Source: Eledone cirrhosa
Taxonomy: Eukaryota
Direction of reading: 5' to 3'
Length of the DNA stretch: 64,000 bases
Assembly (NCBI GenBank): GCA_964016885.1
Contig: OZ024741.1
Location: 140,554,001 to 140,618,000, forward strand
The notes beneath the pieces were generated by a model. That model had not been told where the DNA came from, did no database searches, and was given only the letters and a program-made list of their open reading frames with translations. A program made the position numbers and the translations under genes. Positions 12,278 to 25,650 of the stretch are shown here, piece after piece (the stretch's first letter is position 1; each line of letters starts with the position of its first letter).

Positions 12278-13410
12278 ATGCTTTGGGAGGGTCATGGTGC
12301 CAATAAGAAACACACGCACCAGTTGCTTTTACTCCAATTTATTATAAATTAAATTTATAAATTTTCCGTTGGTTGGTTGGTTGGTTAATACAATAAACTC
12401 ATGGTATGATAGCAATAAATCCAGAGTGTAATGTTCATCAATACAACCCCTAGAGGTGAATTAGCTTACACATTTAGAAGAGCCCTAGATAAATATAAAC
12501 TCAATATTAAGATAGTAGAAAGACGAGCTACCTCCATAATAAACACTTATTATCAATACATACCCTTTTCAAAGACCTCGCTGTTTAGATAAGAAATGTA
12601 TACTCTGTAAACTAAGCCCCATATTAACTGTAAAAATAGAAAAGTAATATATAGCATAAGATGTACTGAAGGACAATGTAGAGATAAGAATATAGTGTAC
12701 ATAGGTGAGACAGCTCGTAGTATAGGAGAACGGATAAATGAAAACTGGCGAGGTCTTAAAGATAGAAAAGAATCATCTGTACTCCACCAATATGCTAAAA
12801 TAGAACACAAGGGTAAATTAGAGAACATAGAAATAAAAATAGAATCTACACACAGAAAAGACGCAATGTTTAGACAAATTACAGAGGCAATAAACTTAAA
12901 TGAACTCCAACCAAAATTAAATAGAAAAACATGAATGGAATAGCAACATCACAACTTACAATTAAGGACAAAATGAAAACACACACATAGAACAAACAAC
13001 CAACCAGTACCATATAAATAAACAAATAAATAAACAAATACAAACACACATAGACACGCGGATGTAATGCATGCGCAACGTAGCACACAACACACACAAA
13101 AACAAGATGGCGTAGGACAGAGCAAAGGAGAGGCACAAAAACAAATAAAAGAATCCCAAGTCACTGAAGAGGTCACAAAATATGTGACGAAAGAACTTTG
13201 ACAATATATGAACAACCGTCCGGTTGTGAAACCAACCAACCAACGGGATATTTATAAATTCTTAAATTTATTAATTTAATTTATAGTAAATTGAATGAAA
13301 GCGATGGTGCGTGTGTTGCTTATTGGCAACATGACCCTCCCAAAGTATAACAATATCGGTTTCAAGATACGTTTTCAGATATAGAATCTTGCTAAACAAA
13401 TTCAGAAACG

Positions 13411-13412
<2 letters not shown>
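12270..13412 (+). mobile_element. 5'-truncated PLE related to 7978-12226: decayed GIY-YIG end, pLTR, inverted 5' pLTR piece
   Basis: YIGETARSIGERINE..RQITEA..LNRK at 12695-12934; ~12270-12385 is inverted relative to ~13230-13355. Confidence 0.85.
13160..13202 (+). ncRNA. Minimal hammerhead ribozyme
   Basis: gtca-CTGAAGA-g-gtcaca-aaata-tgtgac-GAAA-gaac-TT-tgac. Confidence 0.7.
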
Positions 13413-13488
<76 letters not shown>

Positions 13489-13497
13489 ATGTGTATG

Positions 13498-13564
<67 letters not shown>

Positions 13565-13567
<3 letters not shown>

Positions 13568-13917
13568 GGAGGTGAGTTTTATTGTAGTACAATAAAGCAA
13601 TGCAGATATCACCCATCTCTCCTCCTATCTCATCCTTCCTCACGATACTCCTCCCTCTCCACCTTCACTCTCATCTCCTCCTCTTTTTTTCATCCTTCCC
13701 CCCCCCCTCTAAATAAAATATTTTTCCCAATATCACACATCAATCTAAAACTACTTCTCATATGTTGATTTAAAACTGCACTATCCACAAGTGTTTTTTA
13801 GCCTTCATATCATGTCCTCCTGTTTTATCTGATGAAAACAAATATTATTGCATGATGATATTTGTTTTTGAAATGCGCATAATAAAATACATGGAACTCC
13901 TTTAACCATCTTTTGTT

Positions 13918-13920
<3 letters not shown>
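13565..13920 (+). mobile_element. PLE pLTR fragment (copy of 1-222)
   Basis: High identity to the window start; between (TA)n tracts. Confidence 0.7.
13821..13891 (+). ncRNA. Minimal type I hammerhead ribozyme
   Basis: tgttttat-CTGATGA-aaacaaatattattg/catgatgatatttgttttt-GAAA-tgcgca-TA-ataaaat. Confidence 0.8.
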
Positions 13921-14006
<86 letters not shown>

Positions 14007-14043
14007 TTATATATGTATATATATATATGTATATTTATATATG

Positions 14044-14077
<34 letters not shown>

Positions 14078-14082
14078 TGTAT

Positions 14083-14128
<46 letters not shown>

Positions 14129-14452
14129 ATGAGAAGAAAGAAAAATACTGCGTGGTTCCACATGGGCTACATATGATAAAAAAAGTCCTTCGTCAGTGAT
14201 TTTCCAACCATCATTGGTATTTCATCGCATTAAAAATCATATACCTCAGGTTGGTGCGAGCAATAACTAAAAAAAGTTATTGGGACCAGTAAATCGCGTA
14301 AAGCGAGGGGGACAAGTAAACAGCATAGAAGGATAAAAGGAAACCAAAGATAGGAAAAAAACAAGCAACATGGTTGTCCGGTCAGCATGAGCTGGGTGGA
14401 TTTCATGAGCGAAAGGTACAGACCGTCCGACGTGAGTGGGATGTAAGCAAGA

Positions 14453-14581
<129 letters not shown>

Positions 14582-14784
14582 TATATATGTAGATAAATCT
14601 ACCAAAAGTTTACGGTAGTGTCCAATCCGTATGAAGAACTCAATTTAAACCGGATATCATGGAAAGAAGAGATGCATTCAAAAATCACTTTCGGTGAAAG
14701 ATAAACGGAATACAGAGTGAAGATAAAATGTTAAAAAAATAATGAATAAAACAATGAAACAGTTCCTTATATTAAACAAAAAAA

Positions 14785-14939
14785 GTTCATGATTTAACGA
14801 TCGTTTCTAGGACATATATGTGTTAGAATTGGCATGCATACTCAATAGATCTATGTACAAAATTATACAAAATTATACAAACTATCAAATATAATATACA
14901 TACCAACACATACATATGCCGTCTTCAGAAATAATGAAA
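14785..14939 (-). ncRNA. Hammerhead with very long stem II (inverted copy; stem III cgatcg)
   Basis: Reverse complement of 15576-15728 with an intact palindromic stem III. Confidence 0.65.
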
Positions 14940-15329
14940 TATATTTATTGATAATAACAACAATTCAAAATTACAGGTCTGTTTGGGAACAGAGTTCAAA
15001 TTGACCAATGAAATACACAAAAATATATCAAGAAAATACAGTTAGGTGTGTGTATATACGTAAGTAACCTCGTTCACAGATATGCATAAAAATATATGTT
15101 TACATGCATACGCATGTCGAAAAAATGTATTTAAATACAAAAATTCAGGGCTAATGTCTCTGTATGTTTATAATCTACAGACAAAATAAACATATATACA
15201 CTCATATATACACACATATACATACATTCATACACACACGCGCATATACACATAAACATACACATACATATATATTATTATGATAACTATATGGATATTA
15301 ATATCCATATAGTTATAATAATAATATAT

Positions 15330-15372
<43 letters not shown>

Positions 15373-15385
15373 CGTGTGTGTGTGT

Positions 15386-15457
<72 letters not shown>

Positions 15458-15575
15458 TCGTGGGTATGTGTATGTTTATGTGTATATGCGCGTGTGTGTA
15501 TTTCATTGGTCAATTTGAACTCTGTTCCCAAACAGACCTGTAATTTTGAATTGTTGTTATTATCAATAAATATAT

Positions 15576-15728
15576 TTCATTATTTCTGAAGACGGCATAT
15601 GTATGTGTTGGTATGTATATTATATTTGATAGTTTGTATAATTTTGTATAATTTTGTACATAGATCTGTTGAGTATGCATGCCAATTCTAACACATATAT
15701 GTCCTAGAAACGATCATTAAATAATGAA
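15576..15728 (+). ncRNA. Hammerhead with ~115-nt stem II region
   Basis: 10-bp stem I ttcattattt/aaataatgaa, CTGAAGA, ggcatatgtatgtgttgg..ctaacacatatatgtcc, GAAA-cgatca-TT. Confidence 0.65.
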
Positions 15729-15858
15729 CTTTTTTTGTTTAATATAAGGAACTGTTTCATTGTTTTATTCATTATTTTTTTAACATTTTAAATATATATA
15801 TATGCATACATATATACATATATACATACACACATATGTATGTATACATATGTATGTA

Positions 15859-15929
<71 letters not shown>

Positions 15930-15930
<1 letters not shown>

Positions 15931-18125
15931 TAGTAATAATAATAGTAATAATAATAAATTTGAAGACTAAAATCCAAAGAGGGCTCGATAAGGATAAATA
16001 TATATCAAATATATAAGAACCGTAGAGCAAATATTTATTAAAATAACAGATTAAAGTTTAAGTAAAGAATCGCTGGTTTCACACTTAACGGGATCTTCTG
16101 AAACTAAAAAAGTCAATCTGTGAACGCAGAAGCAAATATTTCAAAAAACGTTGCAACCGGAGGAAGACAGGAAGACGATACTTTGCTTCGTTGAAACGTT
16201 CCCTGGCAAAGAACGGGGAAAACGAAGATAATACGTCATTATTTGCAGCGGTGAGAAAAAATTACACGCAAAGGCAAAACCACGTTTATGGTATAAAAGA
16301 AGTCGTAGACTAAAATTCTAACTAGGAAACCGAATGATTCTCGGCTTTAGAGTTAAGAATAAAGTAAATAAAATACAGAGGTAATTGAAATAAATAAATA
16401 CATACACGCATCCATATATGTACATACACAAGCACACGCGAAAACACTCGCCATAGGTGTAGAAATACAAGCACGCACACAAAAAAACCCGCACGCACAT
16501 ACAGACCCACGCAACGCCTGTACCCGCACACATACGAATGTATACACCAAATACACATAAAAATATATATAAAAAAATATATATATATGTAGAGACATAT
16601 GCGTGTGTGCGTGTATACATATAATTAAATAAACGTATATAAATAAATAAATACGTATATAACGGGCGCACACACGTACGTACATGTAAAAACACATATG
16701 TTCGGAGACGTGCGTCAACCAAAACACAAAGTACACATATATACCCATCCTACATACGTACGACCCCGCATACTCACACAGACGCAAAACTCGAGTATAC
16801 ACGTAATCAAATGCATATGTACCAGACAGAATATATAATATATACGCCATAACATATACAATCAAATATACGTACGAGAAAGTATACGTACCTTCACAAA
16901 ACATACAGGTAATATATACTTACCTATACAAATAAATAATGGTATAAACATAACAAATACTTAGCTACCACATCAAGAAGTAAAATATCCGCGTATATTT
17001 CGTACTATCCGTTAGTATATAATGTGGGGCTGTAATACAGGTACGTTTTGTGCAATTTATATTTACAAGCCGAAATTGCCTCATATTTTTTTTTAAGATG
17101 TGGTGTATGGTGTAGAGTATTTCCAGGGCCTCAGCGGCGCAGAGGTCACATGGTATTTTATTTCCGTTATATGAGCTAGCCTCAGCTAGGATCTCCCAGT
17201 GTAATTTATATTGGGTGTGGTTGTCTTTTAGACTCCAGATATAAGCTGAAAGTGACGTCGTATTCCTTCTTAAAGGGCTAAGAAAAGAATGGGTATGCAT
17301 GTAAAGACGCTGCTTGAATCTATTGGCGGTTAACCCTATGTAGGCCCTACGGGGCGTGGGTGTTTCAACCTTACATTTGTAGACAATGTTAATAGAGTGG
17401 CATTTCCCGGATAGGGGGCAGTCAACCCGATTCCTACAATTACAGTTAGTACTAGCTACAGGGTTGCACGTGTTCCTACGGCTAGGTAATTTAGCTAAAT
17501 TTGAAGCTGTGATGTTATGTGCAAGGTTAGGAGTCGTAGAGTAAGAAATGTTAATGGTATTTCAATTTAAAATTTTACTATATTTATGTGTTGGGGGAAA
17601 ATGTTTCATAATAAGGGAAAGAAAGATCTTGCTAATGGTGTGGCCACTTCCATATTATATGGTGTGTTATACCATATAATGCGCCGGGATCTATTTTTTC
17701 TAGGTCTATTCTCCTACTCTGTATATGCTACCTTATCGACAAATCCACTCCGAGCAAGAGCTTCATTGTAATATGTGGAATGGTCGTTTAAAATATGCTC
17801 GTTAGTAGATAGACGGGAAAGCCTCAGAGAAACGTTTCTTACCAGGTTCTTGGTTATGCTGGCAGGATGGTTAGAATGCTTACTTATGTAATTAAGCGTA
17901 TCATTCGGCTTTCTATATGTGTAGTGCAAGCCATTCGACAAATTGAGGGTAACGTCGAGGTAATTAACGACCTAGAGGTTGGCCTCAACCTGTATGGAGA
18001 GGTTGAAGCCTTTAAAGAAGGCTGTGACTTCTTTTCTGAACCTATCGCAAGCACGTGTCCCGCACTTTGTCATGGTCAAAAGACCATCATCACGGTACAA
18101 ACCACCGCCCACGTTGGGGAATTAT
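15930..18125 (-). mobile_element. 5'-truncated, decayed Naiad-type PLE
   Basis: pLTR ~15930-16960 followed by RT/EN remnants. Confidence 0.85.
16965..18122 (-). pseudogene. Naiad RT (GGLYRDDGL, VNYLDVTL, YRKPND..SNHP) + GIY-YIG (CNC..CPLSGKC, IVY..GLT..FKQR, CDLC..E)
   Basis: Manual translation plus ORF track; stops and frameshifts. Confidence 0.88.
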
Positions 18126-18132
18126 GTGCATA

Positions 18133-18240
18133 ACACTCCCTGAAACATAAGTAATACACATGTAAAGTTTGAAAAAAATCGGTTGGCTACTTCTCGAGTT
18201 TTAGGGATTCAAACTCACAAACTCACACACACACACACAT

Positions 18241-18303
<63 letters not shown>

Positions 18304-18608
18304 GGCATGCTCAGGGAAGTGACGTAATGCAGACAATCAGACATACAGACAGATATTATAAGGGCGCGACGTTATATGTTAGTATCTATCTAAAAAGAGA
18401 AAGACTAAGAATTATAGAGCGAGATCGCTAAATCGCCTAATGCGATCCCTAGGGCATTGAACATTTGAAATTCGTTTTGCTCAGAACACTCCCTGAAACA
18501 TAAGTATTACATGTGTAAAGTTTGAAAACAGTCGATTGGGTGGTTCTCGAGTTTTGGGGATTCTAACTCACACACACACACAGACAGACATCCTCAGTTT
18601 TATATATA
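18133..18608 (-). mobile_element. Non-autonomous Helitron-like terminal fragment with internal duplication
   Basis: acactccctgaaacataagta duplicated at 18133 and 18487; ends cagacagacatcctcagttttatatat, similar to the Helitron end near 25000. Confidence 0.45.
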
Positions 18609-18619
18609 TGTGTATGTGT

Positions 18620-18980
18620 GTTTGCTACCTTCAACGGTGTGGCTCGATGAGTGAATGAAATAAGTAAATAATAATCAACCTCAATCAAAGCTATATAAAA
18701 TTATAAGTTTAAAGATTAGTCAGACAAAATTTATCCAATTTTTTTCTCCTTAGTCCGTAGAAATCAACCTGATAAATAATCATTTAAACGGAGCTAAGAT
18801 TAAAATGTAACTCTGTTTAAATGATTATTTATCTGGTTGATTTCTACTGACTAAGGAGAAAAAAAATGGATAAATCTTGTCTGACTATTCTTTCAACTTA
18901 CAATTTTATATAGCTCTGCTTGATAATTATTTACTTAATTCATTCACTAGTCGAGCCACAACCCTGAAACTAGCCAACAC
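18620..18980. mobile_element. Palindromic foldback/MITE-like element
   Basis: Imperfect ~170-bp arms (tgtggctcga../..tcgagccaca) centred near 18800. Confidence 0.65.
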
Positions 18981-19037
18981 TCTTATATTTATCTGTGACT
19001 AATTTAAATATATATATATGTCCTTATGAATTTATTC

Positions 19038-19083
<46 letters not shown>

Positions 19084-19089
<6 letters not shown>

Positions 19090-19296
19090 ATAATAATAAA
19101 TTTGAAGACTAAAATACAAAGAGGGCTCGATAAGGATAAATATATATCAAATATATAAAAACCGTAGAGTAAATATTTATTAAAATAACAGATTAAAGTT
19201 TAAGCAAAGAATCACTGCTTTCACCCCTAATGGGATCTTCTGAAACTAACCAGCGATTCTTTGCTTAAAACGTTAATCTGTTATTTTAATAAATAT
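19084..19296 (-). mobile_element. Second copy of the pLTR end of 15930-16110 with fold-back
   Basis: Direct repeat of 15942-16108; 19250-19295 is an inverted piece. Confidence 0.7.
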
Positions 19297-19451
19297 AAAT
19301 ATATATGTGTGTGCGTGTGTGTGTGTGCGTGTGTGTGTGTGTTTGTGTGTGTGTGTATCCATATGTATATATGAATTCGTGAGGGAATAATAATATTAGA
19401 TAATATAATAATATGATAATATTAATAATATTCAGTTTGTTTGCAAGCAAG

Positions 19452-19794
19452 CAGCCTCATAAATACCACGTGTTAGATGACCAACGTCATGCTTTTGTTC
19501 AAGTGGTAGCTGAGAGAAAACAATCGACAATTTTTTCGATGTTATTCTTCCTTATCGACATTGTGTATCTTATAACTGTAAACCGCTGAGACTGCTGAGA
19601 ATATATAGGCTTCTCAAATGTATTCTTTAGTTGATCAGCCTCATTTGCATACTGAGCCATTTTACTGGCGCCTTTTAATTTTATGCAAAGCCGGTCGTAA
19701 AATCGCGGAGACATAATGTATTATAATATTACTATTATTAACTCACGAATACATTTGCTATACATCATGTTTAGAGCGAAAACAAATTTTGTTT

Positions 19795-19830
<36 letters not shown>

Positions 19831-20003
19831 CTATACTATGTTTTCTCGGCAGTTCCAGACTGTAGCTAAGAAGGAGAATACATAATCTTGAAAAGAGCAA
19901 GACACTCCGAAACAATAAACAATTGTCGATTGTTTTCTCTCTACTACCCCTGGAAAAAAAGGGTGAAGTTTTTCGTCTACCACGTGGTGTTTTTATGAGG
20001 CTG
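19452..20003. mobile_element. MITE with ~85-bp imperfect TIRs
   Basis: cagcctcataaataccacgtg..gagagaaaacaatcgacaatt / aattgtcgattgttttctctc..cacgtggtgtttttatgaggctg. Confidence 0.7.
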
Positions 20004-20057
20004 TAAAGAGACTGATGGTCTATAATGTTATGATATTACTATTATGATATTGTATTG

Positions 20058-20238
20058 AGGGCGGTGCATTGGCAGTATCGGTAGAGGGTCGGACGCCATG
20101 CTTTGACTCATAGAGTTACGGCCCTTGCCATTCTGAGTTCAAATCCCGCCGAGGTTAACTTTGCCTGTTATCCTTACGGGGTCGATAAAATAAAGTACCA
20201 ATAATACACTGGCATTGTGCCAAAAGTAAAAACAATTA
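20058..20238 (+). mobile_element. tRNA-derived SINE with Deu/Nin-like central domain
   Basis: Box A-like tggcagtatcgg, box B gagttcaaatccc, then ..tccttacggggtcgataaaataaagtacc. Confidence 0.8.
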
Positions 20239-21471
20239 CTATTATGATATTATTCATTATATTATATAGATTGAACATACACAGATAATACATATAAATA
20301 CATATACACAAACACACGCATAAACACTCACATATATATACACATATGGGGTTTGGAGGGTGTATTAGCAGAAATACAGCCCTCGGCTGTTCTTCTGCTA
20401 GTTGCTTTATAACTTAATATAATTTCAATATTTTCAATAATCAGTTTGAAATATTTTCAGATTTCATTTATTTTCCTATTCAATTTACGACGTCGCAGAC
20501 TTATAACCTAATCAGAGCTAGCTTAGAAATAAACATAAAACACCAAGAGACAATAACTTGGCATTTTATATAGAATGTCTATGAAATCGTTCGAAATGAA
20601 ACCGTTAATATGTCTTCTGGTAAACTAAAGAGATAAATTACTTTTTGTCATGAATTCAGATTTTCTAGATAAATGTATGACGGCACTCAGCTCCTGAGAA
20701 CAGCTGGCATAATAGAAATATAATTTCTATTCAGCGGATAAATGTTATAAACATTAATTATTATAAATCTCGAAACAACAGAAATATATGCCTATTTTTC
20801 TGCTCTTAGGGGTCACTTCTCAAAAGTCTAAGAAATTGTCTTAGAGCAGCTGTTCCTTTAATGTTCATATTGGTGACACACATTTTAAAAATACAAAGAA
20901 TTCGCGAATCATTAGATAATTAACTGATTATCTTAATAGTGTCAGAGCCCATATAATTTAGAGAGAAATAATTGTAATATTAATCAGGTTTAACATACTT
21001 TTGCGGCGCCACGACAGGGATTATGGACGATACTCTACAGTTGAGGAAAATATAATTTGAATACCTCTACCGCAGAGTAGTGGTAAATAAAGTACCAGTC
21101 GTAAATATTCTGGATCCAGGGTAGAGCAGATTATTTAAATTAAAGGACACATTTCCATGTTCAAAATATTCACTCTATATCAAACTGAGAAGGTGGTTCG
21201 GCAGAATAGTTTCAACGTCGGATTGATTGATGTGCTGCATTCGTTCCGGCTCTCTGCGCTCTCAGATTTTGAATCACGCCGTGGTCAATAAAATTATCGG
21301 CATAGTACTGAGTTCGATTCTTCCTTTATATATCTTTCTCACCCCTTCTCCATTTCTGAGTGTAATCGGTTGTGTTCAGACCGGGGTAGGAGTTAGTTCC
21401 AGCAGGGTTTAATTTCCCAAGACGCAGCGAACTATGGAATCACTACTACATCGCAATCAGTAGTTACTGAT

Positions 21472-21510
<39 letters not shown>

Positions 21511-21512
21511 TA

Positions 21513-24500
21513 CTAGTAGTTTAGCCCGGCGTTGCTCGGGTTTATTCATTTGCTATGAAACGTTACATACTGGTAAACGTAGCTTGAAAGCGAATAAGCT
21601 TATCAATTAAGTCTATAAAGCAGTTGAACCTGTTGTTAAAAGTTACGAACTAATTAGCATTTTGGACAATCAATGATAGGTTAATAATCTTCCAATAGCA
21701 TACCAAAGTTACAAGATGGTGGCCCTGATGCCGCTGGGTGTCAGATCTGTCCGCCATAGGTGACCCTACCAGGAATTAGTTTTCCAGAGAGCATAGCTCC
21801 AACAACTCCAACACTTGCACCAACATCTATAGCCCCTATTTGTAGACGATATTGCGTGTCATCTCTTGAGGAGTGTAAGCAAAAATGTCCATTCCTGCTC
21901 CCTACGCGGGAACAACAACATAAAGTTGGCCATGGGGGAAGCATGGCTGCCCCAAATGGATGCCCGCCACCGACAATGTTTGCCCATGCGACTTGTTAAT
22001 GCACATGGCAAAACATGGTCTCACCGGGAATGGGATCGCCGGAAATCGAACGGGATATCTTACGCCGATAGGAATAGGTTCATCCTTGGAATGAAAACAT
22101 TATCCCCCCTCCCGCACCCCGTTACAATCGTGGCCTCAATCAAGTGGGGCGTCAGTGACTTGACGACCATGCGAGTACCGTTGCACTGCTTTGGTGGACG
22201 TAAGTTCCTTATTAGCATAATGGGACAGCCAACCCAAGCTTAAGAATGTGAGGTGGGAGCCCTGGGGACTCAGGGGAATTTAATAACTCAACCGGATAAT
22301 TAATGATATCGTCGGGGTCTGACGTCCGGTCGATAGATTTGAAGATGCGCTCTTTACCGGGAATCTTCTCAATCAGCTGCTCGTTAATAAAATTAACCAT
22401 GGCATTTTTCGGAGCAAGGATGGCTCTTTCGCTGAGCCAATCGAGGTTTTTAAAGTTAGATGAGACATTAGAAAAAACTGCTTCACAAAGGTCAGAAGAG
22501 CTGCTCACTATGTTGCACAGGGAGTCGATTGCTATGCTGCCCTTGTCATCCGCAGGGACCTTGCCGTCACTAAGTGCTAAAATGTTCTGAGCAAATTCTG
22601 CAGACATGTTGTCACCATACAAATGAGCACGCATATTTGTGCTCAGGTACAAACTCTTCACCTGGGGCCACAACGTGGACGACTTAAGGCAGGCACGCAC
22701 TTCATCAGCTCTTGTCCCTTTGGGGATGATAGGCAGTGTTTGCCGAATATCCCCAGATAGCAGAAGGGTTACCCCACCCATAGGAGCCGTAGAATCCCTA
22801 ATGTCTTCCAGGGCGTCAAGGCCCTGGAAGACATCAGTCGTCCAATGCCTCAAGGGCACCCTTGTGTGCCATTGTGCACTCATCCCAAACAATGAGGCAA
22901 CATTTTTTGAGAACCAGAGCTTCGTGTGAGCTCTTGCTGATATTGCATGTTGGTGTCTCAGCTTTTACTAAATCCAAGGGGAGTTTAAAGTTTGAATGTG
23001 CTGTCCTGCCTCCCGGCAGCAAAGTAGCAGCGATCCCGCACGATGCAACGGCCAACGCAATTTTTTTCTCCTTAGAAATCTTAGCGAGAATCAATTTCGT
23101 TACAAAAGTTTTTTCCGGTACCCCCAGGAGCATCGAGAAAGTAAATACCCCCAGTCTGATTTTGAACCGCGTCAATGATAGTTTAATAGGCTAACCTTTG
23201 GTCCGACAGAAGTTTGGGCTCATTTTCCTCTAAGTATTGGGAAAGAGATTCAATGTCATATGCTGTTTCCCGCAACAAGCCATACGTCGCCAACTCACTC
23301 CCATCCATGTCGAAGAGGGCATCCTCGATATCAATGAGTGCTGTAACCAATTTGCACTGAAGGATACTGCAGATGAGCCAGGCGCAGGAAGTCCTCAGAC
23401 ATGAAGTCTCTGTACTCAACCCATAAAGATTTGGAATCACCCAATTCACACTTTTGAAGTTAAATGGCAAAGAGTTCCCGTAGACCTTTAGGTGATTTCA
23501 ACAAAGCACCCTCTGCTAAAGTGGAATCCTATTGCGAATCATCTTCCAAAAGGCCACGCTTAAAGCAGGATTCCCGGTACGTATCACATATTTCACAATC
23601 AACAGTGTTCAGGTCCTGAAAACTTCGTGGGCCTATAACTTCATGCAGAAGAAGGCGGAGATGAAAGCGCTCATGCTGAATTGGGACACAGTGTAAACCC
23701 TTCCAAGACAGCTGTCAAATTTTACACCAGGATGTCTTTCAACGCGACGAAGTATAGCAAGATGTATTGCTGACTACGCTGGTCGTCTGTTTCAGCAGCT
23801 CTTCTATTTGCTGAACGTAAAGCACTTTGTGACTATCGCAATTCAGTTTCCTCCTGCGACTCATTCAACCGTCTTCTTTTCTGTTTAGCTGCAGACACCG
23901 TTTTACGACCAAGTGAGCATCTCTTTTTGGGGGGCATTATATCTGAAAATGTTAAACAAAAACCTTATGAAATTCGAAACTAAATGGTAAACACATTTGA
24001 ATGTAAGATGAAATGGCAAGGAAAAAAAAAGTAAATGAAGATGCAATATTCAAGCAAAATTGGGGGTAGGTATGACTACCAACTGGTAGTATTTGGACGG
24101 AAAAGCAGAATATTTGGGGGGAAAATCACTGAACAAACGTATTTGCAAGCTTAAAAGTAAAATGTTATGCTTGACAGAAAGTATTGACAGGTATATTTTT
24201 AATAACGTAAAAGAAAGAAGAACATACAGGTAAACGTGGCTTGAAACAGAATAAGCTTTTCGAATTCTAATGTTAAATATCATGATCGAGTGTTTTTTGC
24301 TTCATGACCTTCTCCTGACCAAAAGCAATAATTGTCCCGACTTTGAATAGAATCCGTTGGAAATAAAACACTGAAAATATTAGACTTTATATGAAAAGAA
24401 AAATACATAAACACACACTCACCTAATCAGTGTATTCGGCAGAATTGCCAGAACTACTATGGGTATTGTCATATTAATATTTAACCAATTAAAGTCGCAA

Positions 24501-25028
24501 AAATAAATAATTTAAACATTCCGATTCATATGTCTATAGCATTAATCTGTTATATGAAGTGTTATTTGCAATAAAGCGATTTAAAATGCCCCAGAGAATC
24601 CGTTGGTCTTTACGGAAAGCCAATGACTCCCGCAGCAGTTAAATTATATAGATTGGGAAGAGCGAGGGAGAGAATAAAGCTAAGAAACTATAGGGAGGTG
24701 TGTAAAACAGTGGTGTCATATAGAGAGTGAAGAGCTACAGAGAGAGTAAAGCAGTTAAATTATAGAGAGGGGGAATGGTCTATTATAGAGAGAGGGAAGA
24801 GCGACAGAGAGAGTAAAGCTAATATACTATAGGGAAGTGTGTTAAACCTCAAAGCTTGATCGATTATTGCCCTTATTGTTGATTGATTTCAAGTTTATTT
24901 TGCTTCATGATTCTCTCCTCCCCAAAACCAATAATTGTCCTGAGTTTGAATAGAATACGTTGGAAATTGTGGACGTGCACAGGTTACAAACCTTAACACA
25001 CACACATCTTCAGCTTTATATATATAGA
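21513..25028 (-). mobile_element. Canonical Helitron, internally deleted
   Basis: Minus strand: A|TC 5' end at 25028; 3' hairpin cccgagcaacgccggg then CTAG|T at 21513; no TSD. Confidence 0.85.
21830..23940 (-). pseudogene. Helitron RepHel remnant (PIF1-like helicase), frameshifted
   Basis: VASCGIAATLLPGGRTAHSNFKLPL, LIVWDECTM, GDIRQTLP, AILAPKN, PPHILKL, RFHLRLLL..GPRSFQDL. Confidence 0.9.
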
Positions 25029-25094
25029 TATATATATACCCAGCTGATAAAAACAATCTGAAAAAAATATCATTTCCGTAATAACGTATATTTC

Positions 25095-25650
25095 CTATGG
25101 CAGTTTAGGTGATTGATTTTCCACTGTTGTTGGAGCATTATATATGTGTTTCATGTCTGTGCATTGTGAAACAAAATCATCCAGAGTTTTTCTTTGGTCT
25201 TCATCAATTCGGGTTTGATAAACAACGTACCTGCCCTGTGTTGGTGCTGCCCCATCTCTTATGCCGGCTTTTACAACCACTGAATCAAAAGATGGAAAGT
25301 CAAGACGATCTCTGTGTATGTACGCGAATGCTGGGACACCTAAATCCCTTAGCGACTTCATGGCATTTAATACCACGTCACACTTGATTTCGAGTGATGA
25401 CTTTAGTTTAAAGTTAATTGTTTCTTTTTCTTTAACAAGACTTTGTATGCTGTTATATATAACTACATTTTCAATGATACCATTTTATTAACGTGTGATA
25501 TGAGAACTAGAAATACATCGTTAGATAATTGTTTCTTTAATAAACTAATAAACTTACTTTAGAAGAATTCTAGTTGGGTGAATTTTAACTTCTCTGACAT
25601 ATGTTTAAATATGTCTAGATATCTAGCTAAAATCATGAATCTGACAAAGT
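25095..25650 (-). pseudogene. Decayed coding-like segment of unknown function
   Basis: Frame open 25484 to 25095 (~129 aa) with natural composition; upstream frame with one stop. Confidence 0.3.

Larger units (their letters stand above)
14590..15791. mobile_element. Inverted pair of PLE pLTR fragments
   Basis: ~14724-15019 is the reverse complement of ~15496-15790; spacer includes (TG)n. Confidence 0.75.

Noticed and set aside
14145-14205. Minus-strand CTGACGA hammerhead candidate
   Set aside because: Stems I and III cannot be formed convincingly
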